Positions 62,421 through 64,000 of a DNA stretch of 64,000 bases are shown here, piece by piece. Origin of the DNA: Malacoraja senta (taxonomy: Eukaryota); NCBI GenBank assembly GCA_038087875.1, contig JAXLNO010000599.1:1-64000 (forward strand), read 5' to 3'. The notes beneath the pieces are model-generated. The model saw nothing but the letters and a program-made list of their open reading frames with translations, did not search any database and was not told the DNA's origin. Within the stretch, counting starts at the first letter, position 1; each line of letters begins with the position of its first letter. The position numbers were made by a program, and so were the translations under genes.

Positions 62421-64000
62421 TGGCATGCATACCAGACCCCATCCATTTCAGCACACACTTTAGAACTCTGCCATACAGTTTATATGGTCTCATTGTTTCT
62501 GCTAGACTGTAAAAGCAGCCAATTCACATTTTGAAGACTTTTAAATTCCACATTATTAGTTCAACTTGTAGGTAGGGAACAATGTGAGCATCAGAGTGCA
62601 GATGTTGAACATTGTTTTCTCTCAACGTTGATGGCAGCACTACCCCAGCCTCCACCATGTTAGAATTCACTCATTGGCACTCTTGTCTCAGTAGTACTGG
62701 ATGTATGCATTTAAAAAATGTAAATACGTTAAATATCATTTCACTTTGCAAATCTGATGACTTCCTTGTTAATCAACATTAAAACCCTGACTGTGATTAA
62801 ATCCATGACAATATGAAATTTTATTTGACCAAATGCTACAAGACCTTAACATTGCATTAACAAATTCTGTTATGGTCTTCATGATTTTTTAAAAACTATT
62901 TTGTATAACATTTTTTGAAAGACATTTTTTATGAAAGAAATTACATTGTGTTTATTAATTACGATGAACAATGAATTTACCACTCTCCATTAACTTGAGA
63001 TAATCCAGAACTCTGCTGCTGTTGTCCGGATTTCAGTTTTAAGTCCCATTCATCTGTCACTTCAATGCTAGATGACCCACAAAGACTCACGCTGAATAAT
63101 GCCTTGATTTTTAATATACTCTTCTATATTCTTAAATCCATCTGCTGTTTTGTCCTTCCCTATCATTGCTCTTGACAACCTTCAGAAATATCTATGCTCT
63201 TCCAATGCTGGTCTCTCTATCATTCTGAACTTAATCACTCCACCACCAGCAGGCAGCAATCTCAGGAATTCTCTCCTAAAATATTCCTGACTTTTTCCTT
63301 CTTTGTTTCATAAAATTTATCTCATTGGCAAGATTTTGGTCTTGCCATCATGGTATCAAAATATGATTGAATAGATTACTGTAAAATGTATGTGTAATTA
63401 CATTGCCAGTTAATTTTCCTATTTAAAGATATTGTTTCAAGATATTGTGTAGAATATGTCATTATTATTGTACTTTTTCCATGTTGTTTTCTCCTTTGTG
63501 ATTTTTGCAGGTAACAGATTTGTTAACTGGGTTATTTAATTAATTAGTTGCATGCAAAATAATTTCTTCAAATGTGAATGTTGAAGAATTTGATTCAAAT
63601 ATATTAATATAATTATATAAATTAAAACGAAATTTAAATTAATGCTACACAAATACCATAAACATCATAGAAACATACGTAAGATACGACCTGAAGGTGG
63701 TGCTGTAATGTGCAAAATCAATTGCACTACAACAGAATGTTTTTGATCCTTGTATTGGTTAATTTGTGATTTTACATGCATTTTCCCCAAAGGGAAAGTT
63801 AGCTTTTTAATGCATTCTGGAAAATTCTTTACTTACACTGCAAGGTATTTTTATATTTCTGTAAAGCATCAGAAAATGAATTGTTGCAGTGCTCAGCAAT
63901 CTGTGGAAAAATGTTTTACCTTTCTGCACCTGGACTTTTCATTGTCATTCATTTGCCACAAATCCATTATTGTAGTGTTTTGAAGTCCTTCATCATTATT

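Overview
This is eukaryotic genomic DNA made almost entirely of nested transposable elements. It is most likely from a cartilaginous fish (skate, ray or shark), inferred from dense CR1/HER1-type LINEs, an HE1/V-SINE-type tRNA SINE and the Penelope pLTR family. No intact host gene could be supported. Main elements: (1) a Penelope-like element (RT + GIY-YIG) with a hammerhead-ribozyme-like core, plus four short pLTR-derived copies; (2) many CR1 copies of different ages; (3) a degenerate BEL/Pao LTR element (33749-44572, TSD TCCGC) carrying a DIRS1-type tyrosine-recombinase retrotransposon with ruined ORFs but nearly perfect ITR/ICR termini; (4) a second BEL fragment abutting a Gypsy RNaseH-integrase fragment; (5) a head-to-tail array of non-autonomous Helitron-like units; (6) self-nested PIF/Harbinger-type MITEs with TAA/TTA TSDs; (7) a full-length L1 with two intact ORFs, a 15-bp TSD and a 1.2-kb inter-ORF spacer; (8) an L1 3' fragment flanked by a 142-bp duplication; (9) a truncated Tc1 transposon. 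Family assignments come from recognised motifs only; no database search was run.
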